DNA of 64,000 nt. Origin: Eukaryota sp. GEM-RC1. Its lineage: Eukaryota. The stretch spans positions 1,364,001 to 1,428,000 of the forward strand of contig JAUFOQ010000005.1 in the NCBI GenBank assembly GCA_040285855.1. The letters run 5' to 3'. The notes under the pieces are model-generated. The model did no database searches. It was not told where the DNA came from and saw only the letters and a program-made list of their open reading frames with translations. Numbering within the stretch: the first letter of the stretch is position 1; each line of letters starts with the position of its first letter. A program made the position numbers and the translations under genes. Below are positions 35,751-48,338 of this stretch, one piece after another.

Positions 35751-36197
35751 AATGTGTAAGTTTTGACAAACACCCTTAATTTACAATTACAAATAAAGAA
35801 TACTATCAGTATGAGGTCTCACCATCTACCTTAACATCATTTCACATTCGTGTTCAAGTCCCAGAGACGATTTAAAATCTAATAATACCTAAACACTTAA
35901 AGCAACCTTTTGATCAAGGAAATAATTTAGATTTGGTGAACGTATTGCCCAGATTAATTTTCGTCGATACAATCCGTTTGTTTTCCATCCTTTTGCTGAT
36001 TCTCTTTACGGAACGTTTGGCTGCTTACAGATTTTGACAAATTGTGTAAGCAGTAGGGAAAAGTATTTTAATGAACGTTACTGGAGAGAAAGGTCGCCGT
36101 TTTCCTTTTTTAAAGCATCGTTTAGGCATTTTGATTCGATTTTGAACCGTCTCTTTGCATTGAGACATGAATTTGAGATGAAGTAGATGTAGTGGTA

Positions 36198-36255
36198 CAT
36201 TATACCCTCGATTTAAGGTCTGTTAATAGAACGGCACTATATCGAGGGTATATTG
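36198..36255. mobile_element. 58-bp pogo/Tc1-type mini-MITE
   Basis: TA | cattataccctcgat ... atcgagggtatattg | TA. Confidence 0.7.
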
Positions 36256-39200
36256 TATCTCATTTGTTAATATTGATGATAGTCTTTATTTGTATGAGTA
36301 AATAAAAGGCGTTTTTTCAATTACTGGCAATTCTTTTGCTACAACTGCTCGTTTTTACCCCAGCAAAAGGTCTGGCTTCAGAATCTTCACAACGACTATA
36401 CATGACACTACCTCAATAATTCACATCCATTCAGTCCCTTATCTTCTATGTTTCCTCAAAGATCAGTTACCCCCTAATCAAATCTCTTATCTACTCACTC
36501 GTAGCAGACTTCCGCCAGTACTTTTACGCAGTTGTTTGTCTCACAATGAAATGCGTAGTTCGTCGTCTAAGTCATCTCCCTCACCAAAGGTGTAGAGCCT
36601 GAGAAAACACAGGTAAATGTGTTTTAGAACAACACATTCACCTTCTGCTGATAAAACTTCTGTGTCGGTTACAAAAAGGTCCGATATCTGACCATGAGTG
36701 GTAGGGAGTATCGTCCTGGAGATCAAGGTCTTGAAGGTCAGGAAAGAGACCAGCTACGGTGATGGGAGAAAAGGATTTGGAAGAAACGTGGAGATGTAAT
36801 GGCAGTGACAATGGTCAAGATAGCAAGAATACCATCTTCAGCTGAACAAGGAGGAAGTGGGGAGTCTTGTTCCAGGGCTTGAACTGAGGAAGTAGAAAAA
36901 GTCACTCAAGTTCTATTGACGTTAATGATCTTCCCACTGTTATGGCTGATGTACCAGCTGTTTTTAGCAACATTAACCAATCCTACCCCATTTGAATTCT
37001 GAATCTCAATCATTAGTTGAAGATCCATTAGAGGTAATCAATCCTAACCGAACCTTTCAATTACGAGATCCATTGTTCATTGCTCGTTTTCTTGGTTATA
37101 ATCTTGTTCTTCTCCATCGAATCACCCAATTAGACCTCAATTAAGGTCAACTATTTACTTTTGGTCGGTTTAAAAGGAAGCTGCCGACAAACTACGCAAG
37201 ATACCTAATTAGCAATTCTCAGCCTCCACAGTTCGTCTACTGCTTACCACTGATACTTTGTTCAGTAGCCATATTACTAAAACTGAAGAACACTTGTCTA
37301 TTGAATCAGAATGGCCTGCGATTAAACCTAAACCTGATGCAAAACCTTCCCCTTTCTTGCCAAATTACAAACCAAAAATGGACTTTGTTATGGGAGTTGC
37401 CAGGGCAGCTGACAAGTTAAGTAGACAAGGATTAAGATCGCTAATCAGGGATCCTAAAAGAAACAAGCGACCTACTTTACAAGAATTTGAAATTTGAATT
37501 TGATTGTTTTGTTGCTATGTCCTTATTCAATCTCACATAATCACGCATTTTACTCGTTCTACCTGTTCTTTGTCTAAGCTCGTGACTGCTTTACTTGTTG
37601 ATTTTATCTTTATTATGTCAGGTGTATTGACGAAAGTAATTTTCATCAAGTTTGATAGTCAAATCCTAACCTTCACTTCATTTTGATATTTACTTTTGTT
37701 ATGATTTTGTATTTTTGTATGTATATTCATGTTTGGATTCGTGATGTGAATCCGTCACTGTTATCGAATAGAATGAAATCGGATTCACTTTTCTTCGGTG
37801 ACAAGGAGTTCCTGATTTGTATGGAACTAGTTGTTGCCATACGATTCCTCTGATGGCGTGGTCGCTAGCGTCTGTTGTGATAAGTATCGTATCTTACTTC
37901 CAGGTTCGGGTAAAGATAAGGACACCGATTTCGATATTATTTTCTCAATATCATTAAATGTACGATTCAGATCGTCTGTCAATGTGATCTTTCTTGGCTG
38001 TTTCCGTTCTTTTTCTTCAACAGGTTCGTGAAAGAGATGATGAGTCAACTGATGTTTGGTAGGAATTCTCGAATGAAACTACAAAACCTTCAAAACTTCT
38101 AACTTCCTTTGCTGTCTCCCTTACTCTGGCAATTTTTTGATGACATCGATTAATGGCATTCTGCGCAGTACTTCGGCGATAACAGTCTTCAAATTCTTCT
38201 GAAACATTAAATCCTTCAACAAGTTGTTCATGGTCAGTAATAATGACGGTAGCCAATTGATTAGATGGGGATCTAAACCACACTCCGTATTCTTGTCTCT
38301 CTTCCAGCAGAAGTTTTCGTCGATGCTTTGTTGAACTGAATAAACTTACGATTAGGACTCTGATTCGGACCATTGCGAACCGAGAGTGATTAAGGACAGA
38401 TAACTACTGCTTGATGACGTTTCCATTTAAGAGACAGGACATTGCCAATATGAAGACTGCTTTAAAAAGGTGGTATAAACAACTGCCAATTGTTGATGAA
38501 TTTTGTTAGTGATCATTCTGAGTTAGTAAGTAGATCATCCTTGGCTGAGGATGACTCCTTAAAGAACTGTGTCTGTTCATTTACTGGCACTGTCTTTTTG
38601 ATTCGTATCAATCCATATGTACTTTTGATGGGCGAGCCTTTATCGACACTCAATTGAGAAAGTTGATGGAGGCCATCCATTCTGTTTCTTCTAGACCCAA
38701 ATATAATTTCCTATATAGGAAAACCCGAGGTATCCCTTTAGGTTCTAGAGGAAGTAGATTGAAACCATCATCTTTCGAGATTACTCAGCCAAAAAAGACC
38801 GAGAGGCAGACCATGTAAGAAGAATTTATCTAAATAGACTGCTTTTAATCCCTTAAAATACAGAAAATTGGAAAATGAATTTATGGTTAGTTTCGTATAA
38901 ATGTGGTAGGTGAGGACAAAAAAAGTCAATTTATGGTACGTTTAATCGGTGTCTATTTGTATTGACTATAATTTAAATATCAACACAACAAGCGGATCGT
39001 ATATTTACAAAACAACACTTGGACATCTAGTTACATCTGCCAGCTAACATTTATCATTTTTGTTTCTTAAAGACATGAACTATAAAAAGTTGCGAAACAA
39101 TTTTTAAATATCAAGGTACTAGTATAAGCTGGTATCTTCATAAAAAATTCAATCACCATCATTTGTTTTATTTCCATATCACTAATGAGACCATTATTTC

Positions 39201-39919
39201 TGTGCTTTGATCATCATTTTAGATCTACTAGAAAGAATAAATCGTCTGTTCAATTGCACTTTCACAACAATTGGACTGATTTTCCAGGAGCTGTAAAAAT
39301 TGAATTGGCAATTAATTGGTCATCAAAAGACGTACCAATCAATAATTGCGTTAAGTGCAATTAATCGAAGCCAATTAACCAATTTATAAAAATATAGTAG
39401 AAACTCAACAAAAACTACTCAATTTGAGGAAATGAGAATGTGGGTGATCACATTTTAAAAAAACTAATTATAAAGCACCTCGACTTCCACAGACTCCAGT
39501 GTTTATCGCAAAGACTGCGAAATTCCACTATGTCCCAAAGATACATGTTGCACTTCAAGAATGTATGCACTTGCGAACAACGCTTCCGAGAGAAGATAAT
39601 TACAGTCCGAGCAGTGAAAAATGTTAAACAGAGACGTTTCCTGACATCACCTATTGTCAAATGAGGGCTTATAGAAGATGTCCCAAACGCCAAGTTTTGT
39701 GATATCTAGAGGTTTGAAAATTGTAAAGAAATGCTCATTTGTCATTCTTATTCTTCTAAACAATATTTATTCTGTTTTGCAACAAAAACGAGTATAGTAA
39801 TTAAGGTTCATGTGGACTATATAAATTGACAATTGATTGGCAATTCTGTAAGTGGTACCGATCAATTATCAATTCTTACATATTCTAATTTGTAATAATT
39901 TATTGGCAACAATTGGAAG

Positions 39920-40727
39920 CAGCGATGCGAAGAAATTAATTTAAATTAAATTAATAATTCTTGACACCCGCAATTAATTAATTCTAATTCATATGGCCTA
40001 AAATTAATTAATTTCAATTCTCCGGTCTCACAATTAATTAATTGCAATTAATTGCAATTAATTCTTTAGAAGCAATACGATAACATACAACATACTATCA
40101 ATCACAATCACCATCGTAAGTCAATGGTAGTGAATTCGGCGCCGTTGCCTCATGACAATTCCTTCAAGAATTGATTTGCTTGCATCAAAGTACGGAAAAA
40201 CAGGTTCCAGAGATGGAATATTGATTCGTTAGAGAACTGAATGATTGTCATAGTTACTATAACATGCTATTATGATGACAATAAACCACGAACGAGTTAT
40301 ATTGTCCAGTTTTGGAGTTTTTTTTGCGTTTTGAATCTCGTACACTAAGCCAGTTTGATAATATCGTCAGTTTGCTGGTATTTAGCAGTCCAGTTTTGAC
40401 AAGTTTCCACTGTAACACTATCAAAATATGAAGTTGTAAGTTTCTCATATGCACTAGAAGATCGTGGTTCGACACATGTAAAAATAAACAATGCTTTCTT
40501 GTAGAATATTGAGACGATACCCCCGTATGGATGACAAGTAATTATACCATTAATTCTACTAATTTCCATTAATTCATTTTAATTCTAAGGTGTAACAATT
40601 AATTAATTACAGTCTTCCCTCGGTTTAGTGCCGCTGTTTGGACCGGTACTCAACCGAGGGAAGACTGTATAATTCTAAGCATCTAGAATGAATTAATTAT
40701 AATTAAATTAATTTTTTCGCATCACTG
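39920..40727. mobile_element. Nested hAT-type MITE
   Basis: TIR cagcgatgcgaagaaatt / aattttttcgcatcactg; 8-bp TSD attggaag/attggaaa; AATTAATT subterminal repeats. Confidence 0.85.
40610..40667. mobile_element. 58-bp pogo/Tc1-type mini-MITE
   Basis: TA | cagtcttccctcggtttagtgccg, 10-nt loop, cggtactcaaccgagggaagactg | TA; 24-bp TIR with 2 mismatches. Confidence 0.85.
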
Positions 40728-41799
40728 ATTGGAAATCCAGTTCCCTTTTGACAGCCCCTGCTAATTTTCCATTTGGAATAAATCAGTTTGGCCAAACTGA
40801 TAAGTTTGATTTCTTTTCAAGAACCTACCTTGTTGTTGATCTATATCTCAACAATATCATTTTGCAATGATGAAATAATTCACATGGCACTATTGACATT
40901 GTATCTATTGCAATGTACCATAACTAAGTCTCACTGAGACTAATTATGTCCTCAAAAATATTTGGTTAGAGAAGTTTCTTTAGCTGCAAATTTGTATTCG
41001 TAAAACTCATTTTAAACAGGAATTGTCTGTCTATCTTCTTATAACCACATCATCTAAACGAGTCCCTGTGCATCAATACAAGTGTCGATGTGTTCCTGAT
41101 CTTCAAATGGATTCCAAAGATCATGTTTTTCGTCAACAATGGTCGTCAGTACACAGACTAGAGCCAAATTGGAGGACAAACATTTTCATTCATGGGCTAT
41201 TACAAAGTAGACCCACAAAAGACCATTTTCTCAATCGTATTATATTACGGTTCATTCTTTATTTTGAATTATTTGTTACGCACTACACATTTGTCTCATT
41301 AACATTTCTTGTTGAACTCTATTATTCACTGTGGGAAGGTGTCTTTGGACACTGTAAGTTGAGTTTGTTAAATCAGCGCAGGCAAAAATATTCAATAAGG
41401 TCAGACGATTTTGCACCCTCGGAGTCAAATATAGATTACAAAAATTGTCATCAAAATGTTTGCATGTACAAAAATAGTCATCAAAACGGCTGTTCAATAC
41501 TAGTTTGAATGTGCTTGTTATGAAGAAAAAGTTTGTATATTTTGCATTGATGTGAACACACTTCGGAAGGTTACCTTATTGGGTGCCGAATAAATTCTGT
41601 CTCATTCGTTACGATGATTAGTTGATAACTACATTGAATAGAGAAATATAAAATGTATGTACATTTGAGATTTCATGAAATAATTAGTCTCAGGACTAAT
41701 TTTGCATTGGGACCAGTTCCTGATGTCGGTGTATACGTATCGCGCTAAATACTAGATTGTATCTTGAATTTCTGTCAAGATCAAACAAATTCCAGGACG

Positions 41800-42590
41800 A
41801 AACTTAATGTTTCTTAAATTTGCCTTACAGAAGTTACAAAATCATTCATTAAAGTTAAAGTACTTTAAAATGAAAGATTTTACAATTCGTCTCAGCTCAT
41901 CTGAGGAAATAATGTCAGCTTTCGCCAATTTTGTATTCGATTTAAATGAGAGTTCTACAGTGGCATTCAAGAATAAAATTCGACAAATGTATGGTTTATT
42001 ATTAAAGGATCATCAATGGACCACTACGATGATGCGACTTCATTGCTATTTAGGATCATACAATTTGCTGAATGATCTTCGATGTAGCTGTTGAAAACAA
42101 CTGACTTTTGCCACTTGTTAAGTTGTAATCGCTACATAACTTATCAAACTTGTATGCATGATGTTGTAAGTGACCAAATACAGGTTATGTATATCTCCTA
42201 CACAATTGAATCATTACTTGAACCACTGTTAAAATCTTTAGAAATAAACAGAACAAGATATTTCTGATCAAGCCAAGCACGTTAAGTACACGAAACCATT
42301 GATGGCTTTAAAACATGTAGAACACGTTGAATACGAATTATGCCCTTTTGATGTTTCAATTTATGGACGTTTAGGAAAAAGTACATTGAATTTTTTAAAC
42401 GATTTCGAAAAAATCGTTAAAAATAGGATGAACAAACGTTTTGATCATATTCTCTGGTTGAATCGGATCGTTTTTAATGTTTTTGAAACAATTCCCCCAA
42501 TCATCTCCAAAGCATTATTAACGGTGAGTTCCTTTTATGAGGACAAAGCTTTGTTGTAAGTGATGGGTGATGTTTCAATGGTATCAAATA
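41800..42590 (+). mobile_element. Decayed CRE-like fragment (paralog of 11940-12690)
   Basis: YELCPFDVSIYGRLGKS endonuclease tail. Confidence 0.75.
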
Positions 42591-43195
42591 GTGAGTACTA
42601 CAATTTTTGCACTGCCAGCAATCAACAATTGAATTCAAAATCTTTATCACTAATGATTGATTGAGATAACGTACTTTCGCAACCAAGGCCAACATTGACC
42701 GAAAATGAAGAAATGCAGAACTTTACAGCACATTAGCAACAATTGTTTAAGACTTGATGACCACGTCAGCAGGTCACGTCAGCAGCAGCGAGGAAACCAA
42801 CTAACTATCGACATCTTCGCCAACACTACGTTTAAAAGCGTTGATGCTGTAAATGATGTTAGTAGTTAAGGATTTGAAAGACTTGAAATTTATGAGGAAA
42901 ATAGATTTGAATTGTATCTGATTTCCAAAATATTGTATGACTACTTTCTTCTGGCTTTTGGGTTCGTCTTAATGTAACAGAAATATGTGGTATTACGGAT
43001 ATCAAATTTGAAAACTTCTGACCAGTTAAAATGATTGATAAGTAAAGAAATGACTATAACCTAGAAAAATTCTTCTCACCATGGGAAAACAGAAGTCATC
43101 AGAAATCCAGTCAGAAATGCAATGCCTCACATACACTACACTTAGATATAGTGAAGGACAATGAGAATCAATTTGTATCGAAAATTAATTAGTAA

Positions 43196-45752
43196 TTACA
43201 ATCTATTAAGTTGACGTACACCCTCTACTTTAACTCTATGATTAACTTTCAACGCCTCTGCCAAAGCTCTGGCACCTTCAGCTCCAATAAAGTTCCACCT
43301 CAGATCAATATTTGTAACTGAAGCATTAAATTTCAACGCCTCTACCAAAGCTCTGGCACCTTCATCTTCAATAGAATTGTGACTCAGATTAACACTTGTA
43401 ACTGAAGCATTCACTTTCAACGCGTCTGCCAAAGCTCTGGCACCTTCAACTTCAATAGAGTTGTCCTCCAGATTAACACTTGTAACTGAAGCATTCACTT
43501 TCAACGCGTCTGCCAAAGCTCTGGCACCTTCAACTTCAATAGAGTTGTCCTCCAGATTAACACTTGTAACTGAAGAATTCACTTTCAACGCCTCTGCCAA
43601 TGCTCTGGCACCTTCATCTCCAAATGAGTTCCACTCCAGATTAATACTTGTAACTGAAGCATTCACTTTCAACGCCTCTGCCAAAGCTCTGGCACCTTCA
43701 GCTCCAATAGAGTTGCACCCCAGATTAACACTTGTAACTGAAGAATTCACTTTCAACGCCTCTGCCAATGCTCTGGCACCTTCATCTTCAAAAGAGTTTC
43801 TACTTAGATCAATACTTGTAACTGAAGCATTCACTTTCAACGCCTCTGCCAAAGCTCTGGCACCTTCAGCTTCAATAGAGTTACACCCCAGATTAATACT
43901 TGTAACTGAAGCATTCACTTTCAACGCCTCTGCCAAAGCTCTGGCACCTTCAGCTCCAATAGAGTTGCACCCCAGATTAACACTTGTAACTGAAGCATTC
44001 ACTTTCAACGCCTCTGCCAAAGCTCTGGCACCTTCATCTCCAATAGAGTTGTATTCCAGATTAACACTTGTAACTGAAGCATTCACTTTCAACGCCTCTG
44101 CCAAAGCTCTGGCACCTTCAACTTCAATAGAGTTGTCCTCCAGATTAACACTTGTAACTGAAGAATTCACTTTCAACGCCTCTGCCAAAGCTCTGGCACC
44201 TTCAGCTCCAATAGAGTTTCCACCTAGATCAATACTTGTAACTGAAGAATTCACTTTCAACGCCTCTGCCAAAGCTCTGGCACCTTCAGCTCCAATAGAG
44301 TTTCCACCCAGATCAATACTTGTAACATTACCAAATCTAATTTCTTTTAAGACTTTCTTTAATTCTGGTTTCAGATGACTCCACTGATCCTCGTCAAGGT
44401 GCAATGAATTCTGAATTGATAGTCTGTTTTCTTTAACTTTTCTACTCTGATTATAATTAAAAGATTCTCTAGTTGAATTAGACCTCATCCAAGAGATCTT
44501 TTTTAATCAATGGGTTTGAATTTCTGTTTTGACGCTCAATTCGATGTTGTAAATGGTTGATTTGAGTTTGCAATTGAGAAATAGTTTCATTTAAAGATTG
44601 TTTCTCATGTTGAAAATCACTTTCTAAATTTAGAACAAAGTTTAAATGTTGTTCAGTAAGTTTCGAATTTTCGTTAATCATTTTCCTGTTCTCAGCTTGT
44701 AAAAGTAGAATTTGACCAGTTTGAGATTGATTTTTCTCTTTAACGGACTCCAGTTCTTCTAGCAAAAAAGACTGGTCAGGTTGAATCGAAGGCTTGGGAA
44801 GATTTAAATTTTCCAAAACTTCAATAATTTCGGAAATTTTAGGTCGTAGAATTGGATCTGAATTTAAACATTGATTGATTATGCTACACAATGCAACTGG
44901 AATTGTTCTATCAAAGGGTAAGGATTTGCCACCATATTTAGCTCCTACAATAGCATAATGCTTCATCCCTTGAAAAGCTTCTTTTTTTGGAATAATTCAT
45001 ACAAAATAATTCCAATGGAGTAAATGTCACTTTGAGGTGTAACACTGTCATCGAGCTGTTCTGGAGCGGCATAACGTAGAGTTATTGCAGCAGTTCTCGG
45101 AATTGTTGTTGTGGATTCAATGTTTCGTGAAGTTCCAAAATCAGCGATTCTGATTCTATCATCAACAACTAAAACATTTCCTGGTTTAAGATCTCCATGA
45201 ACAACGGACTTACTGTGGAGATATCTTACACCCTGGCAAAGTTCTTTGGCATATTCGACAGTGAGGAAGGAGAAAGAGTTGGGGGAGGGCAGACAAGATG
45301 AAGCTCTTTCCATTACGATTCCGATGCGTTCTTCCCAAGAGCAAAGACCATAGACACGGAGAACAGCAGGGTGATTTAGTTGAACAAGAAGGTTCATCTC
45401 CTTCTTTAGTTTGATTCTTCCCTTTTCAGTAAGGGGAGATCATTTTGACAGCTACTGGGAGTCTGAACCACATTCCAGCATAAACAACAGCACAACCTCC
45501 TTCAGCGATCTTATCAAGGACTTCAACTTGGTCTGATGGGATTTCTGGGCAGAGATCGCCGTTACGAGCAGCCTCCACAAGGTCTTTGAGAGCATAGTTT
45601 GTAGGTTTATCCATGAGACAGACTTTGCGGCAAGTTGGGCAGCTACTTAAGGCAGACGCGCACTGAGAACAAGCGGTGTGCCCAAGTTCGCATAGAAGCA
45701 AAGGTAGGCGACCAGAGAGGTTGAACGGTTCGTAGCAGATGAAACAATCCAT
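43196..45752 (-). CDS. RING - non-RD kinase - coiled coil - 13 LRRs (paralog of 13499-16492); three 1-nt homopolymer indels
   Basis: Four ORF pieces align end to end with copy A. Breaks fall at the G4 run ~45433, T7 run ~44982 and T6 run ~44499; no in-frame stops. Confidence 0.85.
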
Positions 45753-45854
45753 CGTAGTACTAGTAGAAGTTGAAGTACACAAGTGAGTCAATATTGACTG
45801 TTTCCATCTGATTTTACAATACAACTTTTAAAATACAACGAATAAATACATGAA

Positions 45855-46512
45855 CGCTGATTTGTTCAATTGATCTCAATGAGACTGATTATGTGATAAA
45901 ACTAATTAAAAAGGTACGAAAATATTTGAAACCTTGCTAGTGGCAGAACTTGCTAGTTCGACTGATTGTTCTTCTTCTCTAAACAACACCCTTGAATCTG
46001 ACATAATTGCTGATGTGATAGTAATTTACTACAATCGCCAGTTTTTCATAGATTATATTCTACGGTATACATTTACGTGTACTTGAACTTTCTCGTCATG
46101 ATTTACTTTAGTGTATACTGGATGAATACAACACCAATCATGGAATCACTTCATTGGCCCCGTGGAAAATATTTACTTAGACTGTTGGTTTTGGTGCAAA
46201 TGTAAATTGTACGTAATTGTTAAATAAATTTAATAGGCAACTGAAAGAAAGCATCTAATAAAACAATTCGATTAGGTCCAAATGATGTACAAGAATTATT
46301 TGTAAAATATGAGCCACATTTACTTCAAAAATTGTTTTAATATTCAAATTGGTTACTACTACACAAATTTTGAAAAATACAACTACATGTACACTGGTTA
46401 CAGTATTTAGTCTCAGTGGAAAATTAGTCTCACTGAGACTAATATATGAATAGACCATTTTGGAAACTAGGTTGGGAATTAGTGTCACTGAGATTAATTG
46501 TTGTGATCAGTG
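45855..46512. mobile_element. MITE-like element, GTCTCACTGAGAC family
   Basis: Left cgctgatttgttcaattgatctcaatgagact vs reverse complement of the right end cactgatcacaacaattaatctcagtgacact. Confidence 0.6.
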
Positions 46513-46659
46513 TAGCTACATGAACATATTTAAATATTTTACAAATATGCTTGGTATGTACATTAAAGTAGTGAAAACCGAAGCTTTTGATTATAATGAA
46601 AAAAGTATTAAATGACCAAGCATAGAAAGTTTAAATTAAAGAATACAAGAACAACATCA

Positions 46660-47906
46660 CTACAAATCCTGAGAAAATCCAGCAACCTCAAACACCTTCC
46701 TTTCATTACAATACACGTCATTAATCCCTGCTGAACCCAATACAGCAGTACTAGTACAAGCTAAATCCTCTTCCGCGGCATAACTTCCATTTTTCCAGTA
46801 CTCACCCACGTCATAAACACCCCACATCACGTCAGCATCAGAAGGATTCAACAAGGCGGCACAAACTCCAGCCTTAGCTAATTCTACTACAATCAGTTTA
46901 ACATCACATTGGAAGTTGATGACGTGATCTTGATTGGAAAACTGTTTTATAGAATCATTTAGTTCTTGTTTGAATCTCATTGGGTTGAAGTAAACAACTG
47001 GTATACTTGTCTTAAACAACTCATAAACTGTCATTAAGGAATCAAAATACATTCTGGCTAAATCGCTCTGTTCTTTTCCAGACATTGAAGATCCTGAGAG
47101 GAATACACCGAGGCCAATAGCTGGAATTGCAAGGTGTGTGTACTGGTAATGTTTAACAGCTGAAAGTACAGAAAACCAAAGATTGCTCAAAATTTTAAAT
47201 ATTTGGGTTGAGTCATGTCGAAATGTATCCACTAGCATCGGAGAAAGACTGCTATAAGCAAAATTCAGCCCCGGTACACTAACCAACAGATTAGGTTTAC
47301 AATCATCTAGAAAACAGCTCCTGATCTGATTCAGAGCAAACCCCTTTGTATCAACAGCTTGCTCTACAAAGAAATGAACCAGCTGAGCATGTACTACAGC
47401 AGAAGCCAATATCAGCAGAGGAGTTTTAAGGGACTTCTGGTAGTGTTCGAAGGAAGAGAAGCCAAGAGATTGCCATTGGGAGGAGCCGTTGGGGGATAGG
47501 TTGCAGACAGTACCGAAAGATCTGACATCTTGTTGGATGATGTTGATTTCATCATCCTTGAACTTTTTCAAAAGAAGAAGATATGCTGTTTTAGGAATAG
47601 ACTCAGCACATACGAAGATAGATGCAGAGTCAAGGAGATGTTGTGCACAAGACTTGGTTAACGACACTGTGTTGTTACCGTAAGCATTTCGTAAGTCAGG
47701 TGTATCGGCAGCTATAGAAACCAATGTAGAAGGATCCTGTTTAGCGAGCGGAACTCTGAGATAGGTAAGCCAGCCATCACGAAGATTGACGGCAGTAAGT
47801 TGTTGAAGGAATTTTCGAGCAGTGAATCCACAGCGTTCTCCATAACATATAGGTTTATGATCCAGACCTAGATAGTGGGAGAAGCGTCCAATGGAAGCGT
47901 GAAGAG
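46660..47906 (-). pseudogene. Second copy of the macrodomain-like gene; start separated by a MITE
   Basis: Frame open and near-identical to 22927-24177 up to about codon 3. MITE inserted there; the original ATG position now reads ATA. Confidence 0.75.
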
Positions 47907-48338
47907 CAGTGTTCGAAAATTTTCCACCCGGACGCCACCCGGGTGGTCACCGGGTGGCATTAAAGAACGAGACATAAGTTTTGGTGCAATAACTACTTTA
48001 TACACCATATACGATGAAACTTAAAGTACTTTAGCAGTGTGTGATATAAAATAACTAACAATGAAGAACTTTGTACAGGTTTGGGATTAAAACAACCCTC
48101 TGAAAAATATATAAATAAGATGATATTAGCCTATCCGAGCCTAGAAATAACTCCCGTTAAAATAATTGTATTCAGGACACGTTGAACAACGAAGTATTTA
48201 TTCAGGAAGTCATGGATTGAAGATGATGGTAAGACAAAAATTATCCACCCAGTACCACCCAGACGCCACCCGGGTGGTGGGTGGCACTGGTGGCACCCGG
48301 GTGGTTTTCATTTCCACCCGGGTGGTTTTCAAACACTG
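47907..48338. mobile_element. 432-bp hAT-type MITE
   Basis: TIR cagtgttcgaaaa / ttttcaaacactg; perfect 8-bp TSD gtgaagag; CCACCCGGGTGG palindromes. Confidence 0.92.

Larger units (their letters stand above)
39285..40760. mobile_element. Non-autonomous TIR element specific to copy B (outermost of three nested)
   Basis: TIR caggagctgtaaaaa / ttttgacagcccctg; flanking duplication ctgattttc/ctaattttc; empty site at ~10222-10231. Confidence 0.85.
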
